A DNA stretch of 63,984 nt, filler included, from Hyphochytrium catenoides (taxonomy: Eukaryota > Protista > Hyphochytriomycota), in the NCBI GenBank assembly GCA_900088475.1. It is 11 parts of 11 records of this genome, joined end to end, with 100 filler letters (N's around TTAATTAATTAA, not from the genome) between each part and the next. Parts side by side here need not be neighbours in the genome. Positions count along the whole stretch, not along the records: positions 1 to 28,402 come from FLMG01000561.1; positions 28,503 to 31,497 come from FLMG01000993.1; positions 31,598 to 35,210 come from FLMG01001577.1; positions 35,311 to 40,984 come from FLMG01000921.1; 7 more parts are not named here. One strand, given 5' to 3'. The notes beneath the pieces were generated by a model. The model made no database searches and was not told the origin of the DNA. It saw only the letters and a list, made by a program, of their open reading frames with translations. Positions 24,696-36,776 of the stretch are shown in pieces (position 1 is the first letter of the stretch; every line of letters starts with the position of its first letter). The position numbers and the translations under genes are program-made.

Positions 24696-27261
24696 ATGAA
24701 CCGGGCCTTGTCTGGACACAAGAGGAAGCGACCTGGCGACGACGGAAGCAATCATTCCATTCTGCGGAGTTTTTTCACAAGAGAGGTGTTAGGGAATCCT
24801 TGCAGAAACAGAATATTTTCCTGTTTACCAAGGAGGCAGATACCCTTACGTGCCGTCATTCCCTGGGATCGGCGTCATGATGCAGTTCTTCTAGGCTTCT
24901 CCCATGACGGCTTTTTTAGTGGTCAGTGCAGCACAATGGCTTCGACCCCTTTAGCTTAGGACAGTGAACTGCCTCGCGATTATCTCTTACTATGAATGTA
25001 CCTAGTTTTATACACCGTAAATGACGAGCTCGTCTTCCATATTGTTTGGGAGCCATTGGACTTTGCCGCTCTTAAAGCCCGGTCGGATAAGAAGGAGAAG
25101 ACCGCTGTTGGGAGTCAACGAAATCCTAGGTTTCGGGAGATCAAGCTCTTTCAGGATGAGCTCCAAGAGTTTCATACGGGCTTTCCTGACGCTCTACTCT
25201 CGCCAACAAGCAGAGCAGGTGCTTTCGGGTCTCATTCTCGTCGATAGTGGATGATACCGATGAAGTCCTTCTGTCCTCTCTACATTTGTACAGAACGATG
25301 GCGCTCTTTCTATCATTCCTCCTCTCCGTGGTCAATGTCATAGCTGACGTTCCGGGTATCTCCTTTAGGCGCCCACAAAATTCTTGTCTGGGTTACATCG
25401 GATAATCTCTCTTGCGTTGTATTTGGTGCTCCCACTAGCGAGGACGGGTCAGAGGGACCACGCAGATATCGAGTCACGATAGCTCCATCGGGATTAGGTA
25501 TGTGAATTGCAGGGGCGAACATCCTTTGCTGCACTGGGATAGGGTGAAAGGGAAGAGGTAGTCGTTGAGTCCAATGCGAGACTGTACGAGATGTAATGGG
25601 CACTGCACTAGTGAAATCGACGAAAGAACCTTATGTACTGTGGCCAGGAAGCTGGATAGAGAAGCAAATGGAAAAAAACAGAGCAAGAAGGCTCACCATA
25701 TCTGTCTGTCTTGTTGCTCAGGAGGCGCTTCTTACAGCAGAGTACTGAGGATATCCTTACCCACCCTCAGACCCTCCATCCTTTCTCTCTGTCTTTGTGG
25801 GTCCAGATGGAGATGAAGCTTGAGCCCTACTATTCCATGCGCTGTTACCGTACGTCTTGACGCCTTAACTCCGTCCCTACGCAGCACACTTTTCCTACTT
25901 TGCTGCAGAACCCTTCCCGGCGCCGCACAATCGCAACCTCTTACAGATCGAGCAGCAACGCTATCTCCTTCTTCTCAATAGTGGAGACAATATCCATTTC
26001 GTCTTTTTCACGCACTACGAGAAGCAGATGGCAGAATCCCGTAAAGCTCTCAGCAATGAAGGTCAGACTCAATAAGCAGCAGCCACGTGGCCGTCTAGAA
26101 AAACATAGGATGGAGTAACGCTGATGAAAGTAGAGGTCTGGTCGGGCCAAGGAGAGAGCTTCCTTTCCTCCTTTAACCGTTGGATGCAGAGGCTTCTGCT
26201 CCTCTCAATTACTCTTGGCTTATTCCTCCGACTCTCTCCTCCCTCCCGATTACTTTCCCACCATATGCTCTCACAGACGAGGAGTCTTCTTCATCTAGGA
26301 GGCACGAAAGGAATGAAAATGTAAGATACACATTGGTTCCATTCTCAACTGTGCCTTACGCACGTGTTGACAGGCAGCAGAATGGTGGTGTTCAGCTACC
26401 ACGGACGACCCTATCAACTACACGATGGAGAATCTCTCGAGAGGAGGCGACAAGGAGAGTGGAGTCATGGTGAGAAAAGCGCTGGGAAGTGCATGTATGC
26501 CTAAGTCCCTCCTATTCTTGCCTTGTTTAGCCTATCCTTTCTCAGCTCATACTTGACCGCTTTGCTATGGCCTCCTAGGTAACAAAGTATTACATAATGA
26601 AGGCCGAGGTGTACATCAGCAAGATTTTGCAGGCGAAGTTGGATAAGTTCCATCTTTGGAACTATGAGCTTGAAATTGTCACGGTGAGGTCACCCTCATA
26701 GACTGGTACTTGCTTTCTTTTCTCTATTTTGTTTTAATGAATTCTTCGACTATTTCTCTTATCGAGTGATCGTTGTTTGCTTAATGACAGCTTGGCCCCT
26801 GGGCTCTATCCTTCTTACCGCTCTTAACGTGATCTTGCCGCTGCGAGAACTTGATAGAGCTGGTCGACAGAATGTTCTCACACGGAGTTTTTCCGTTATA
26901 GGAGCTATCTCCTCCCTCAGTCATTGTCCTTTGCAGTCTGCTGGTTCTGGTACCCAAACATCGATCACGATCATCAAATGCCGCTATCGTGGCGATTAGC
27001 TTCGTCATAGATGCTGAAAGTGATGATGGACTTGTAGACCTGCTTGAGGTACCTCATGTGCAGGGTCGTTATGATCCTGTCTGGCATTTCTCTTTAGCTC
27101 TTCGTATAGATGTGTGCATATGTCCGACCCCTTACAGCATGTCAGTCTTCGTACCTTGCCATCCTGCCTCCCCCAACTTGCTCCTTCACTACCTGTGGTG
27201 CTTATACCGATATCGTAGATGCGCCATGTAGGTAATCGACCCCTGGGCCCCAATGGGCTGA
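24696..27261 (+). CDS. DCAF15-like (DDB1/CUL4-associated factor 15) protein, multi-exon; boundaries approximate
   Basis: Exon peptides IPLRAVIP..VLLGFSHDGFFSVLYT, REIKLFQDE, CVVFG..YRVTIAP and AEVYISKIL..LWNYELEIV. These resemble DCAF15 segments as I recall them (FLGFSKCGRYVLSYT, VRLFQDE, VIVFG, FEYVI..SDYDIVI). Confidence 0.45.
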
Positions 27262-27498
27262 GTCTGACAAGGGAAGTCCGGCAGTACGCGGAAGCTCTTA
27301 GGAGGAAGCTGCGGCCCAGCCCATGCCGTTCTGGAGCTTACCAGTTGACGAATGAGCCTGTGCTTGCTGGTAGGGACCTCCGCCACTAACTTTTTTTTAC
27401 TTTGCTCTATGCGTAGCTTCTAAAGCCAAGCTGTCATCGTTAGCATAAGCTCTATGTCAAAAGGCGGCCTCCGCTAGTAGTCTTTAAGTGGAGTCCAT

Positions 27499-27618
27499 TG
27501 GGACCAAGGATTCTCATGGCCTTGCCTCTCTATTTATCTTCTTTATGAACCCCCCTGGGACCAAGGATTCTCATGGCCTTTGCCTCTCTATTTATCTTCT
27601 TTATGAACACCCCCCCCC
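27499..27618 (+). repeat. About 58-bp tandem duplication
   Basis: tgggaccaaggattctcatggcct(t)tgcctctctatttatcttctttatgaac + C-run, x2. Confidence 0.85.
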
Positions 27619-28402
27619 TTCCTCTTCTCTCCAGTGACATAGCTTACCCTGAATGCCTCTGATGACGTCCCTAGCGTTCAAATTCTTTATCTATGGGCCA
27701 CTAAGCCTGTCAGATGTGCTACTCTGACTGCTTTTAGCTGGGTATTCGATCTTATTTCTCATGGTACATGACTTTAGGAGCTTCGTTGGCTAGGGCTCGC
27801 AACCCAATGTTCCCAATTGATATCGTCGCTGATCAGCGCTGAGTTGGCATGGTTAACGCTTCCGAGCCTGGAATGTCTAAGAGGCAAATCCTTCGATGTC
27901 GTCTTTCGCAAAAGACATTCCATTGGGTGCTCCTGCATTGGCACTTCTTGACTACGCCAGCTGCAGCGGTGCAAGGAGGAAAGGGTCCTCTACACCTAAT
28001 GTCCCAAGCTACATACTCTTGTCCCAGAGCTACTCAGAATGCGATGGGTAGGCTCTGTCGGCACTCTCAACTATAGGACTAGTCGGTGGAGCAAGCTTAA
28101 GCTAGTAATTATAATTATACGGCTGATGGATCTGCTTTCCATCTATCTATTATTGCCACCAACCACTAAAAAGCAAAGTATACACTATGCCAAATAACCA
28201 TCCAGAGGTAGAAAGAGAGCTAATCTTCGCAAGGAATCGGCATGGACAGCTAGACGAGGGTGTGCTTCTTCTCTCTTCTTCTAATTCTTCTATCGCCCTC
28301 TCTTACTGTGGGCTTTGTCCCTTTTTCAATCCGCCATCCTCCCAACTCCCAACGCTTAGACGGGCCAGTCTCTTCTATTGGTCTGTCTCGCTCTTTCTAA
28401 AG

Positions 28403-28502
28403 NNNNNNNNNNNNNNNNNNNNNNNNNNNNNNNNNNNNNNNNNNNNTTAATTAATTAANNNNNNNNNNNNNNNNNNNNNNNNNNNNNNNNNNNNNNNNNN
28501 NN
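28403..28502. other. Artificial contig spacer 44N-TTAATTAATTAA-44N (also at 31498, 35211, 40985, 42841, 53190, 55317, 60039, 61287, 62873)
   Basis: The same 100-nt structure occurs ten times; the 12-mer gives stop codons in all six frames. Confidence 0.95.
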
Positions 28503-29069
28503 TCAGACTTTTTCAGACAAATTAAGACAAAAACGAAGTCACAGTGTAGTAGAAAAGCCTGTTGCCACTATCTACTACTCTTGCATCATGTTACTCTTTT
28601 ATCTTTGCATTCCCAGGTAGACTGACTCTCTCTCAAGAGAGACTCCCTCTTCCCCTCTATCTATAGCATCTCAGTCTAATAAACTTCTTTCTGAAGTAGA
28701 AGGTTGCTACCTTGCGTGTGTTCCCGTGAAGTCTTCCTCTGCGTGGTGCTTGTCTGAACTGAGGCCTGGCCAGCCAAGGTACAGACAGAGCACCTCCTCA
28801 CTCTCTCACTCTCTCGAGACCTGCAGCAGTCTCACATATTACAGTAGATAGGAAATCGTCACTCAAAGCCTAGATCGTCGGCCAGAAGTAGGGCAATGAA
28901 GGAGAAATTTCCTTGTCAGGGCCGAACAAACAATGTGATGACGGATAGCGATGTGCTTTGTTGTTTGGTGAAAGACAGAATTGGAGAGGTCACAGCTAAG
29001 CACTCCCATGCATTGAGTGTGCAATGTCCGGCCTTGTAACAGTCACAGTGGTGCAAATGAGTCCTCAAC

Positions 29070-29516
29070 CGCGCTCTATCGATCTTGGAAAGCAAGAAGC
29101 AACCAACTAGAGCTCTGTCAGGAACCACGGAAACTGAGTACATGTCTCCTGCAACAGCAGTACGGGAAGCTACTTGGCTTCCTTAAGTTGTTGGATGATC
29201 TAGGCTTTCTTTGAGCAGCAGCGCTCTCCTCCTCCTACAACTCTGATGGAAGACAATCGTGGCGCTATCAAGTTAGTGAAAAATTCTGTCTTTCACCAAG
29301 GAACAAACCACATCGCTATTCGTTGTTATCACTTTGTTCGGATCCGACAAGATAATAAAGATCTCCATCTACATTGCCCTACTACTAATTAATAAGGACA
29401 TAAGCAGATCTTCCCACCAAGTTCGGCCTTCGAAAACCTTGGAGCTCGGTCACTTTGGCCGTTTGCCCTGCAGCGAGCGAGTAGCATGGCCTGAAACAGC
29501 ATGGCCTGAGTGGGAG
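29070..29516 (+). mobile_element. Degenerate Ty1/copia retrotransposon RNase H coding remnant with polypurine tract
   Basis: Frameshifted reading SW/SKKQPTRALSGTTETEY..AVREATWL/KLLDDLG/PPTTLMEDNRGAIKLVKNSVFHQGTNHIAIRCYHFVR matches the copia RNase H pattern. PPT gagtgggag sits immediately before TGTTG. Confidence 0.85.
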
Positions 29517-29688
29517 TGTTGAAAGTTGGCTCGTCCAGTCCACGCTGACCCTTCTTGGCTCTTGTCTGAATATTTTTCTATTGGGCTTGTCGCCAGACTT
29601 TGCCTTCGAACATTCTCTATGGCCAAGAGTCAGCGGCAAGCCACTAAAATATGAAAGCACACACAACTCTTTATCTGAGTCTTCAACA
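29517..29688 (+). mobile_element. 3' LTR (172 bp) of the copia remnant
   Basis: Begins TGTTGAA directly after the PPT and ends TTCAACA (7-bp terminal inverted repeat). No matching 5' LTR seen in the window. Confidence 0.7.
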
Positions 29689-32600
29689 TCGAATCTTCTT
29701 CCTCGCTCCCACCCCTAACAAAGAATCAGGATCTTTTTTCCAACACATGCTCCTCCTCCATCTCATCCTCCGTACTTCTTTGTCTACTAAACCTATCCTC
29801 TCTGCTTTTTTAGCTACCTATTTGCTTTACCCATGCATCATCGGATCCACCACGCCGCTTAGCTCCAACTCTATTCTTCTTCTTCTATGACTTCATTATC
29901 TTCTAATTGTAATGAGCTCCTACTACCCGTTATCCAGCGCCAGGAGCGCAGCGACCATCAGAGGAGGTAAGCTTGATGTTGAAAAGTTGCCTCTCCTTTC
30001 CTTCCTGCACCAGCTCCTCATCATCATACATATATATAGTAGCACCAGAAAGAAGAGAAGAAGAAGACTTAGCTGCCCTACTTGTGACATAGCTTTCCTC
30101 ACGAGACTAACAACGTTAGCGATAGCTCATAGTTTCTTCCTCAAGAATAAAAAGCTTCAAAATAGTTCCATGAGCTCAAGAAGCACTTCAGTAAGCATAT
30201 TATCATTACTTCTTCTCCACTCGCAAAGCAACAAAGCACAACCAGTGCCAACAACAACAATGAGTTCGATTACGACCTATAAAAAAGTTCGTCAGAGACT
30301 GCTTTAATTCTAGCACTCAGCAATCAAGTCTACCTCTCCTTCTATAATTAGTTCATGATGATGTCCTTCCTGATCGGTGGGTGATGGTAAGTTGTACCAG
30401 GCAGCAGCAGCAGCAACTCTCGCTCTTTTTATAAAAAAAGAACCACAAGTATCAAATTCTGACCTTCATTCTATACTATCAGGCCATAAGAAGGTAGTAG
30501 TGGTACGTACACACGAAAAACGAAGAGTGTCGCTCCTGCCGCGTTAAGATTGCCCTTCTTTGTGTTGCCTTCTTTCGCCGCTCATCACCTCATCATGGGT
30601 AAAGAATAGAGGAAAGAATGGGCTTGACAAAGCTATAACATAATAGTGCAGCCGGCGGATCGTGATGCTGCCTCCCAACCAGTAGTTATTAGTAGTCGGA
30701 TTATCGCTGTTGTTGCCGGTTGTTGCTGCACTCTCTAGTACTAGCTGGCGGCAGTGATCGCTGGGGCGGAAGGCTCCTGATGAGGTACGTCAGTCAGTCT
30801 TCAAGGAGCAACAACAATAACAGTACGAGCGCCCTGCTGCTGCATCATGATGCTACTAGTCGTATCTCTCTACTAATCATCATCATTCCTATGATGATGA
30901 TGATGATGGCTGCTGCTGTTCCTCTTCTTTCTTGTCCCCCTTCCTCCTCCGTCATGTCCTCCTACCGCCAACCAGGCTGTCAGTCGCGTGTGATGCTGCT
31001 TCTTAAGGGTGGAGGGGCTTTTTCTTCCTTCCTTCTCCCTCTTCGATTGGTACAAACTGCCGCCTGCTGTTCTTCTTCTTCTGGATGATGGAGGAGGAAG
31101 CGCTCCAGCAGCAGCAGCAGCACAAGTGATAAAGAAGTAATGACGGCCATTAATAAATAATAAAAAAAAAGGAGCAAGCCCCTCGTCTCTTGCTGACCCT
31201 GCTTACACAATGCCATTTCCAGGTAACTTCACACAATTACTACTCTTACTCCAGGGGTATAATCTAATGGGAAATCCATTCAAGAAGAGTTATTACTTTG
31301 TGAAGTTGTGTAATCGTTTACCAAGAAGGGGGTTGGGGGGGGGTCTCCTCCTCTACTTGTGGCCTTGTGTATACTACTTGTACTTTTATTTACTTACTAG
31401 TTGGAGAAACTAATAAGCGGAGAAACTACATACGAGACGTTATGCATCGCCTACGAGTACTGTCGTCTCTTCCACCTCCACACTCCACCACACCACCNNN
31501 NNNNNNNNNNNNNNNNNNNNNNNNNNNNNNNNNNNNNNNNNTTAATTAATTAANNNNNNNNNNNNNNNNNNNNNNNNNNNNNNNNNNNNNNNNNNNNGTT
31601 TATGCACTAAGCTGAATACTGTACCCGAAGATACTTCAACAGGCGTCTCGTCTCACAAACAACAGGGACCGGCCAGTCATGTTCCCAAGAGAAGTCCTCT
31701 TAGACTGTCCAAGAGAGCAGAGACCAAATGACGGCTCACCACATGGAATTGTCGTAACCGGACGGAACAAGTTCCCTCGGAACAAGAGCTTAGGGTTACG
31801 ACAATACTTTAGGGGAAGGAGGGGCTCCTAACATTTCGTAGGAAACGAGGGATGTCGATGACTGCGCTCCATCATCATCCCCCATCTTAAAGCGGAAGGA
31901 GTATGTCTCAGCTCGTGATATGCAAGATAAGAAACTATACCAGCAGGAGAGAGCAAGATGGGAAAGTTATTCATTTCCTCAAAAACGGTCATGCAGGCTC
32001 AGCATTCGGCAACTGGATAGTGTGCGTCGTACGGAGGGCTATAAGAGGTAAAGAGAAGATTGATGATCATGGGTGAAAACAGGTACATATAGTAGATACA
32101 AGACCAAAGAGAGCAGAGACAGACCAGCTTAACCAAATAAAGATGGAGGGCAGAGTACGTCTAGAAACAAAAAATACAGTCCATTCAGAGCTATACAAGG
32201 GGGTCGGGAAGTTTAAGATAACAGGAGGAGTCTGCAGGAGATGCGGAAGCAATGCAGTCCGGCGAGAGTAGTGTCCTACCAGCAAAGGAGGCTCGCAAGG
32301 AGCTTCTTTGAGAGATGAAAGATAATAGTCTAGGAGAGTAGTAGTTTGCAGCCTTTTGGTCACAGTTAATGGAAAGAATCTTTGATACCGCCTCGCTCCA
32401 AGATGAGGGAGTCACAAGGAGGATGACGAGCGATTTGACAAAGACCAATGATGACAACGCAGTCAGGAGTATTAAACTTGTAGGAGAAGCGATGATAGTG
32501 ACGCGCAGCAGCGACGGTACGGCTATGCTGCGGCGGCGAAGAAGATTCCTAGGAAGTGAATGGTGATGATGAGAATAACTGATGGTCGCAAGAAGAGGAG

Positions 32601-35600
32601 GTGACGAGCTCTTAAGGTGACAGACAGATGAGAAGCTTCCATACTGTGCCGCTGTGCCCAGTTTGATTATCAAGACGATGCTATAAATCCACATTGACCA
32701 GAATGACAGTATTAGCAGAGGTGACATTGATACTTCATCTGCTCCCCTTCTTTATTATCGCAGCGGCTGCTAAGTAGCCACCATTAGGGTCTACAAGATC
32801 GTCTTCTTAACAATGGGTTAGACAGCTGCTGTCAGATGAAGTAAGAAAGCAGGCCAATCCATTGTCTAGAACGATGGGCATAACACTATATTGATCTTAG
32901 GCCCAAGGATGGTGTGCTTGGCACACTAAAAAATATTTTCCTGCAGTGATCAGTGCTTCCGTGGCCCAGACAGTGCTCTCCATCATCAGGCGGCCAAAGA
33001 ACTGGATTTGGCACTCCCTGGTACACTGATGTACCATCATCCCATCATCCGCGACGAGCCTAATAGTCAGTCTACTTCTTCTCTCTCTTCCTCCTGTGTC
33101 AATCAGTTGGGGTAGGAGGTTTGACTGAGCTCCAAAAGTTGGGCGTCTTTTTGAAAGAACGAAGTCGCCCTCTCTGAAATAGCGTTGGGCAAAAAAGTGT
33201 TGGCTAATAAGTAAAAGATTGCGTAGGAGCGGTCTTCCTTGTACGAAGCAGATGATGATGTTGACGCGTTATTCCTAGTTGCCTCTCGCTGCGGCTTTCG
33301 CTTCTCCTCTCCTGATTTTCACTATCCCGTCCTGGTCTCTCTGATCTCTGAATAGAGGTTCTATTTATCCGTTCTCAAAATCATCCTGCCCTATGCTCCT
33401 CTCCCATTCTCTCCCCTGCACCTTCCTTTGCTTTGTTGCTGCTATGCTCAGTCCTCAAACAGCAATGATTGGTGGGACACGACATAGTACGCCTGTTCTG
33501 CTCTCTTTCTTTGGTCCTCTCCCCTCCCTCCCTTGCTCTTTGGCACGCTCTCTCGTCGTTCTGTCCAGCAGAGACTCTCTTCTTCTGCACCTGTTCTCTC
33601 TCTTCTCACTCTCCTTCATAGAGTTCTAAAGGCTCCGTTCTTCTTCTGCTTCTCTCTCCCACTCCCATCTCTCCCAGAGCGCCCTCTTTGGTTCTTAGGG
33701 GCGAAGGCCGAACCAGCGTCAGAGAGAATTCATTTTCAGGGAAAGTCGGTGCGGATTTGGCCTTTTGGATATTTTTAGTTTGGTTAAAGAGCATTACAAG
33801 GTCATAGAGAGCAATGCGCGCACGATAGGCGTCATAGAAATACAGAATACGAGGTCGGATCTTTGTTCTTTGTTGTAGAGGGACTGGCAAGAAGGAGACC
33901 CAATGTTGATGAATTTAGAAGCAAGAGTGACGAGCACGCAGGAGTTGGCTGCGGATTGATGGCACGCTGCGGCGGACTCCTGCTGAGTGAATGTTGATGA
34001 GGAGGATATCTGATGATGATGACGACGACGATCGCTGCTGCCAAGGAGGCTGCTTGTAGGCCAAGGCTGATTGTAGGCCAAGGCTGGAGCTGCCTCACAC
34101 ATCATGGTGGATCTTCAGACAGGACTACGGGGCTGGGCCACAGCTGGGAATATGCCTGCGTCCTCCATCACTGCCCAGGGTCGACAATGGGCGTGGGTGA
34201 CTCTGATTACCTAATGTGCATCCCTTCCTATCATTTTTAGCTGCAAAAGTAGCCACCCATAATAGCTTGAGCACTCTTTTCAGCTGCCCCAGGATAGTCG
34301 CTTATGCCCATGGCAGACGAAACCGTTAAGTCGAAGAAAGGGGGCGGAGCTCCTGCAGTAGCGCTCAATGTCGGCAGATACGCATCGACAATCTAGGAGC
34401 TTCAGGTAAGAAATACAAAGGATTCTTCTGCTGCAAGTTCGCTACAACAGCCCAGAACAGCCTCCCAGCATCTCAGACCTCTCTCCCACTGGCCGCTGCT
34501 GCCCTGGCATGTTCCTGTCATTTCCTCCTCCTCCTCCTTCCCTTCTGGGGTGCGCTGCTGTTTCCTGCCGGCCGCCGCTCGTTGGGCCAGAAAAAGCGCT
34601 CAAGCCTCTCTCCTAATAATCTTCCAATACTCGCCTGTCCTTAGAGGAGTAGACGAGGGTTATACTTCACTCATCGCTCTGCCTGCTGCCGACGTAAAGT
34701 AAACAATGAAGCTTGTCCAACGCACGCGTACTGTCGAAGTTGCTCCTATTTATTACGAGCTAAATGCTTACCAAGCTGCTGGTGGTGACCAGGGCAATCC
34801 ACAGGCCGTTAGGATCACTTCTGAGTAGCATCAAAGAAAGAGGCGTTCTCCCGCTGCTGCTCTGAGTTTTCCTTCATCCTTGATCTCTTTTGCACAAGCC
34901 GCTTATGCCATATGACTGTTGGTTCGATCTTCCGTACTAGATGCAGCAATGTTTAGACTGTAGAAGTTTGCTCGTCGGCCATTGAGAGTATTGTTGTCTT
35001 GATGTCCGGAAGTTGTGCGGCGGCGTCCTCATACATGCGCCTTACCCCTACGACTAGTGCTAATCAATCCTCAGTAGATTACTGAACATCCTTCGGAGAC
35101 GCTCATTCACTCTTCTATTGATGGAACTGTTGAATATTCTAGTTCTTGCACTGCATGGATCATCCATAGTGCACGTCCTGGAACCTCTTGAACTCTCTCT
35201 CCCCAAGTACNNNNNNNNNNNNNNNNNNNNNNNNNNNNNNNNNNNNNNNNNNNNTTAATTAATTAANNNNNNNNNNNNNNNNNNNNNNNNNNNNNNNNNN
35301 NNNNNNNNNNGGGAAGACAGAGAGTAGCAAAACCACTATTAGAACTATCGATATGTAAGGCCTTAGCTGCTTGTTGTCAGCAGACTCGCTCTGGGTCAAA
35401 TATTTTGTTGATGAGAGCATAAAGTACGATGCCGGGCAAACATTTTTTTGTGAGTTATTATGTATGAGGTTTCCATTTGTTCTAAATCGTAGCAGGTATA
35501 TAGCCAAGTGTATTAGACTTTAGAACAATATGTGGGCGAGCCAACATTTCTGATCGTAACCACATTTTTCTTCAGAGAATTTTTGATTCTTACGCATTTT

Positions 35601-35703
35601 GCCGATATACGGAATAGGTAACCAATTAAGCAGAATAAAAGAAGCAATATTCTCAATATTTTGGCGCGAAACGACGATTTTCGCGCCAAAGCCTCTTGTT
35701 TAG

Positions 35704-35925
35704 GTTCATCCGATTTGCCTTTCTAGTCGGGGTGGGTATGCAAATCGGACGGATACCCACCATTTCATCCGGAACTAGCAAATTTCCGAACGAACGAGAA
35801 ATCGGATGAAAATCGGATGAAATGGGTGTGACGCGAAATGACGTCAGTGGCCGTTGCAGGCTCCATTTTTAAAAATCTCAAAAGTTCATCCGTCCGATTT
35901 TCGTCCATCCGATTTGGGAGTGCTT
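35704..35925. mobile_element. Probable truncated MITE built from inverted AAATCGGAYG/CATCCGATTT motifs
   Basis: About 7 copies of the motif in both orientations; hairpin ggtgggtat/atacccacc. The right end gggagtgctt reads AAGCACTCCC on the minus strand, resembling the neighbouring MITE terminus. Confidence 0.5.
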
Positions 35926-36169
35926 GCAGAATGTCGCTATTTTTCCCTTCAGTTCAGTCTACAAGTACCATAATCGTTGATGTATGAAATTATTCTAACC
36001 TGAAAAATTTGAGATTGTAAAATATTCCGCCCTAACCGCCTATTCCCTATGATGCCCACAATCTGTGGCACCTGAAACCACCAGTGTATAACGTATAACT
36101 GAAGCGGAAAGCTTCCTTGCGCTTTCACTTGAAACATTTCGCTGCGTCGTACCTCCTTTATTCCACTAA

Positions 36170-36574
36170 GAGCACTTCCACCGGCGTACGCTAAACGATA
36201 CGCTATCAGCAAATTGCTGTAATCTCGATCCACCGGGGTACGCGAAATGATACGCTATCTCAAATTTGGCGTACGCTATACTCGTACGCTATAGCAAATC
36301 AGGTCTCCCCTCTGACTTCAAATGCACAAAATGCACTACCACTTTGGAGTTCCGCGTGCTCCCCCAGAAGTAGGGAGAAAACAATTCATTGATATAACAG
36401 TGCANNNNNNNNNNNNNNNNNNNNNNNNNNNNNNNNNNNNNNNNNNTGGATGGAGTGACTTTCGTACGCCAAACTAAACTTCGTCAACAGATTCCGCGTA
36501 TCACTTTTCAGCCAATCAGAGGCCGAGAATTTTGCTGATAGCGTATCGTTTAGCGTACGCCGGTGGAAGTGCTC
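36170..36574. mobile_element. PIF/Harbinger (Tourist-like) MITE with 44-bp perfect terminal inverted repeats
   Basis: GAGCACTTCCACCGGCGTACGCTAAACGATACGCTATCAGCAAA (36170-36213) and its exact reverse complement (36531-36574). Flanks TAA / TGA; internal repeats of cgtacgct/atacgctat; N gap inside. Confidence 0.85.
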
Positions 36575-36721
36575 TGAGTTAGGAAAGCTCTTCCTACAAA
36601 TAGTATCTGAGCGTCGCTGACTTGCGGGGCTTCCTTTCTTCCTCTTTCCTTTGGTTCATGTCCTTGACCTTGATGGTCCAGTTCTCTCTCTCTCTCTCTG
36701 TTTCTCTCTGTTTCTCTCTCT

Positions 36722-36776
<55 letters not shown>

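Noticed and set aside
28447-28458. Recurrent palindrome TTAATTAATTAA as a biological repeat or CRISPR-like array
   Set aside because: Always centred in 44N+44N; it is an assembly spacer with stops in six frames.
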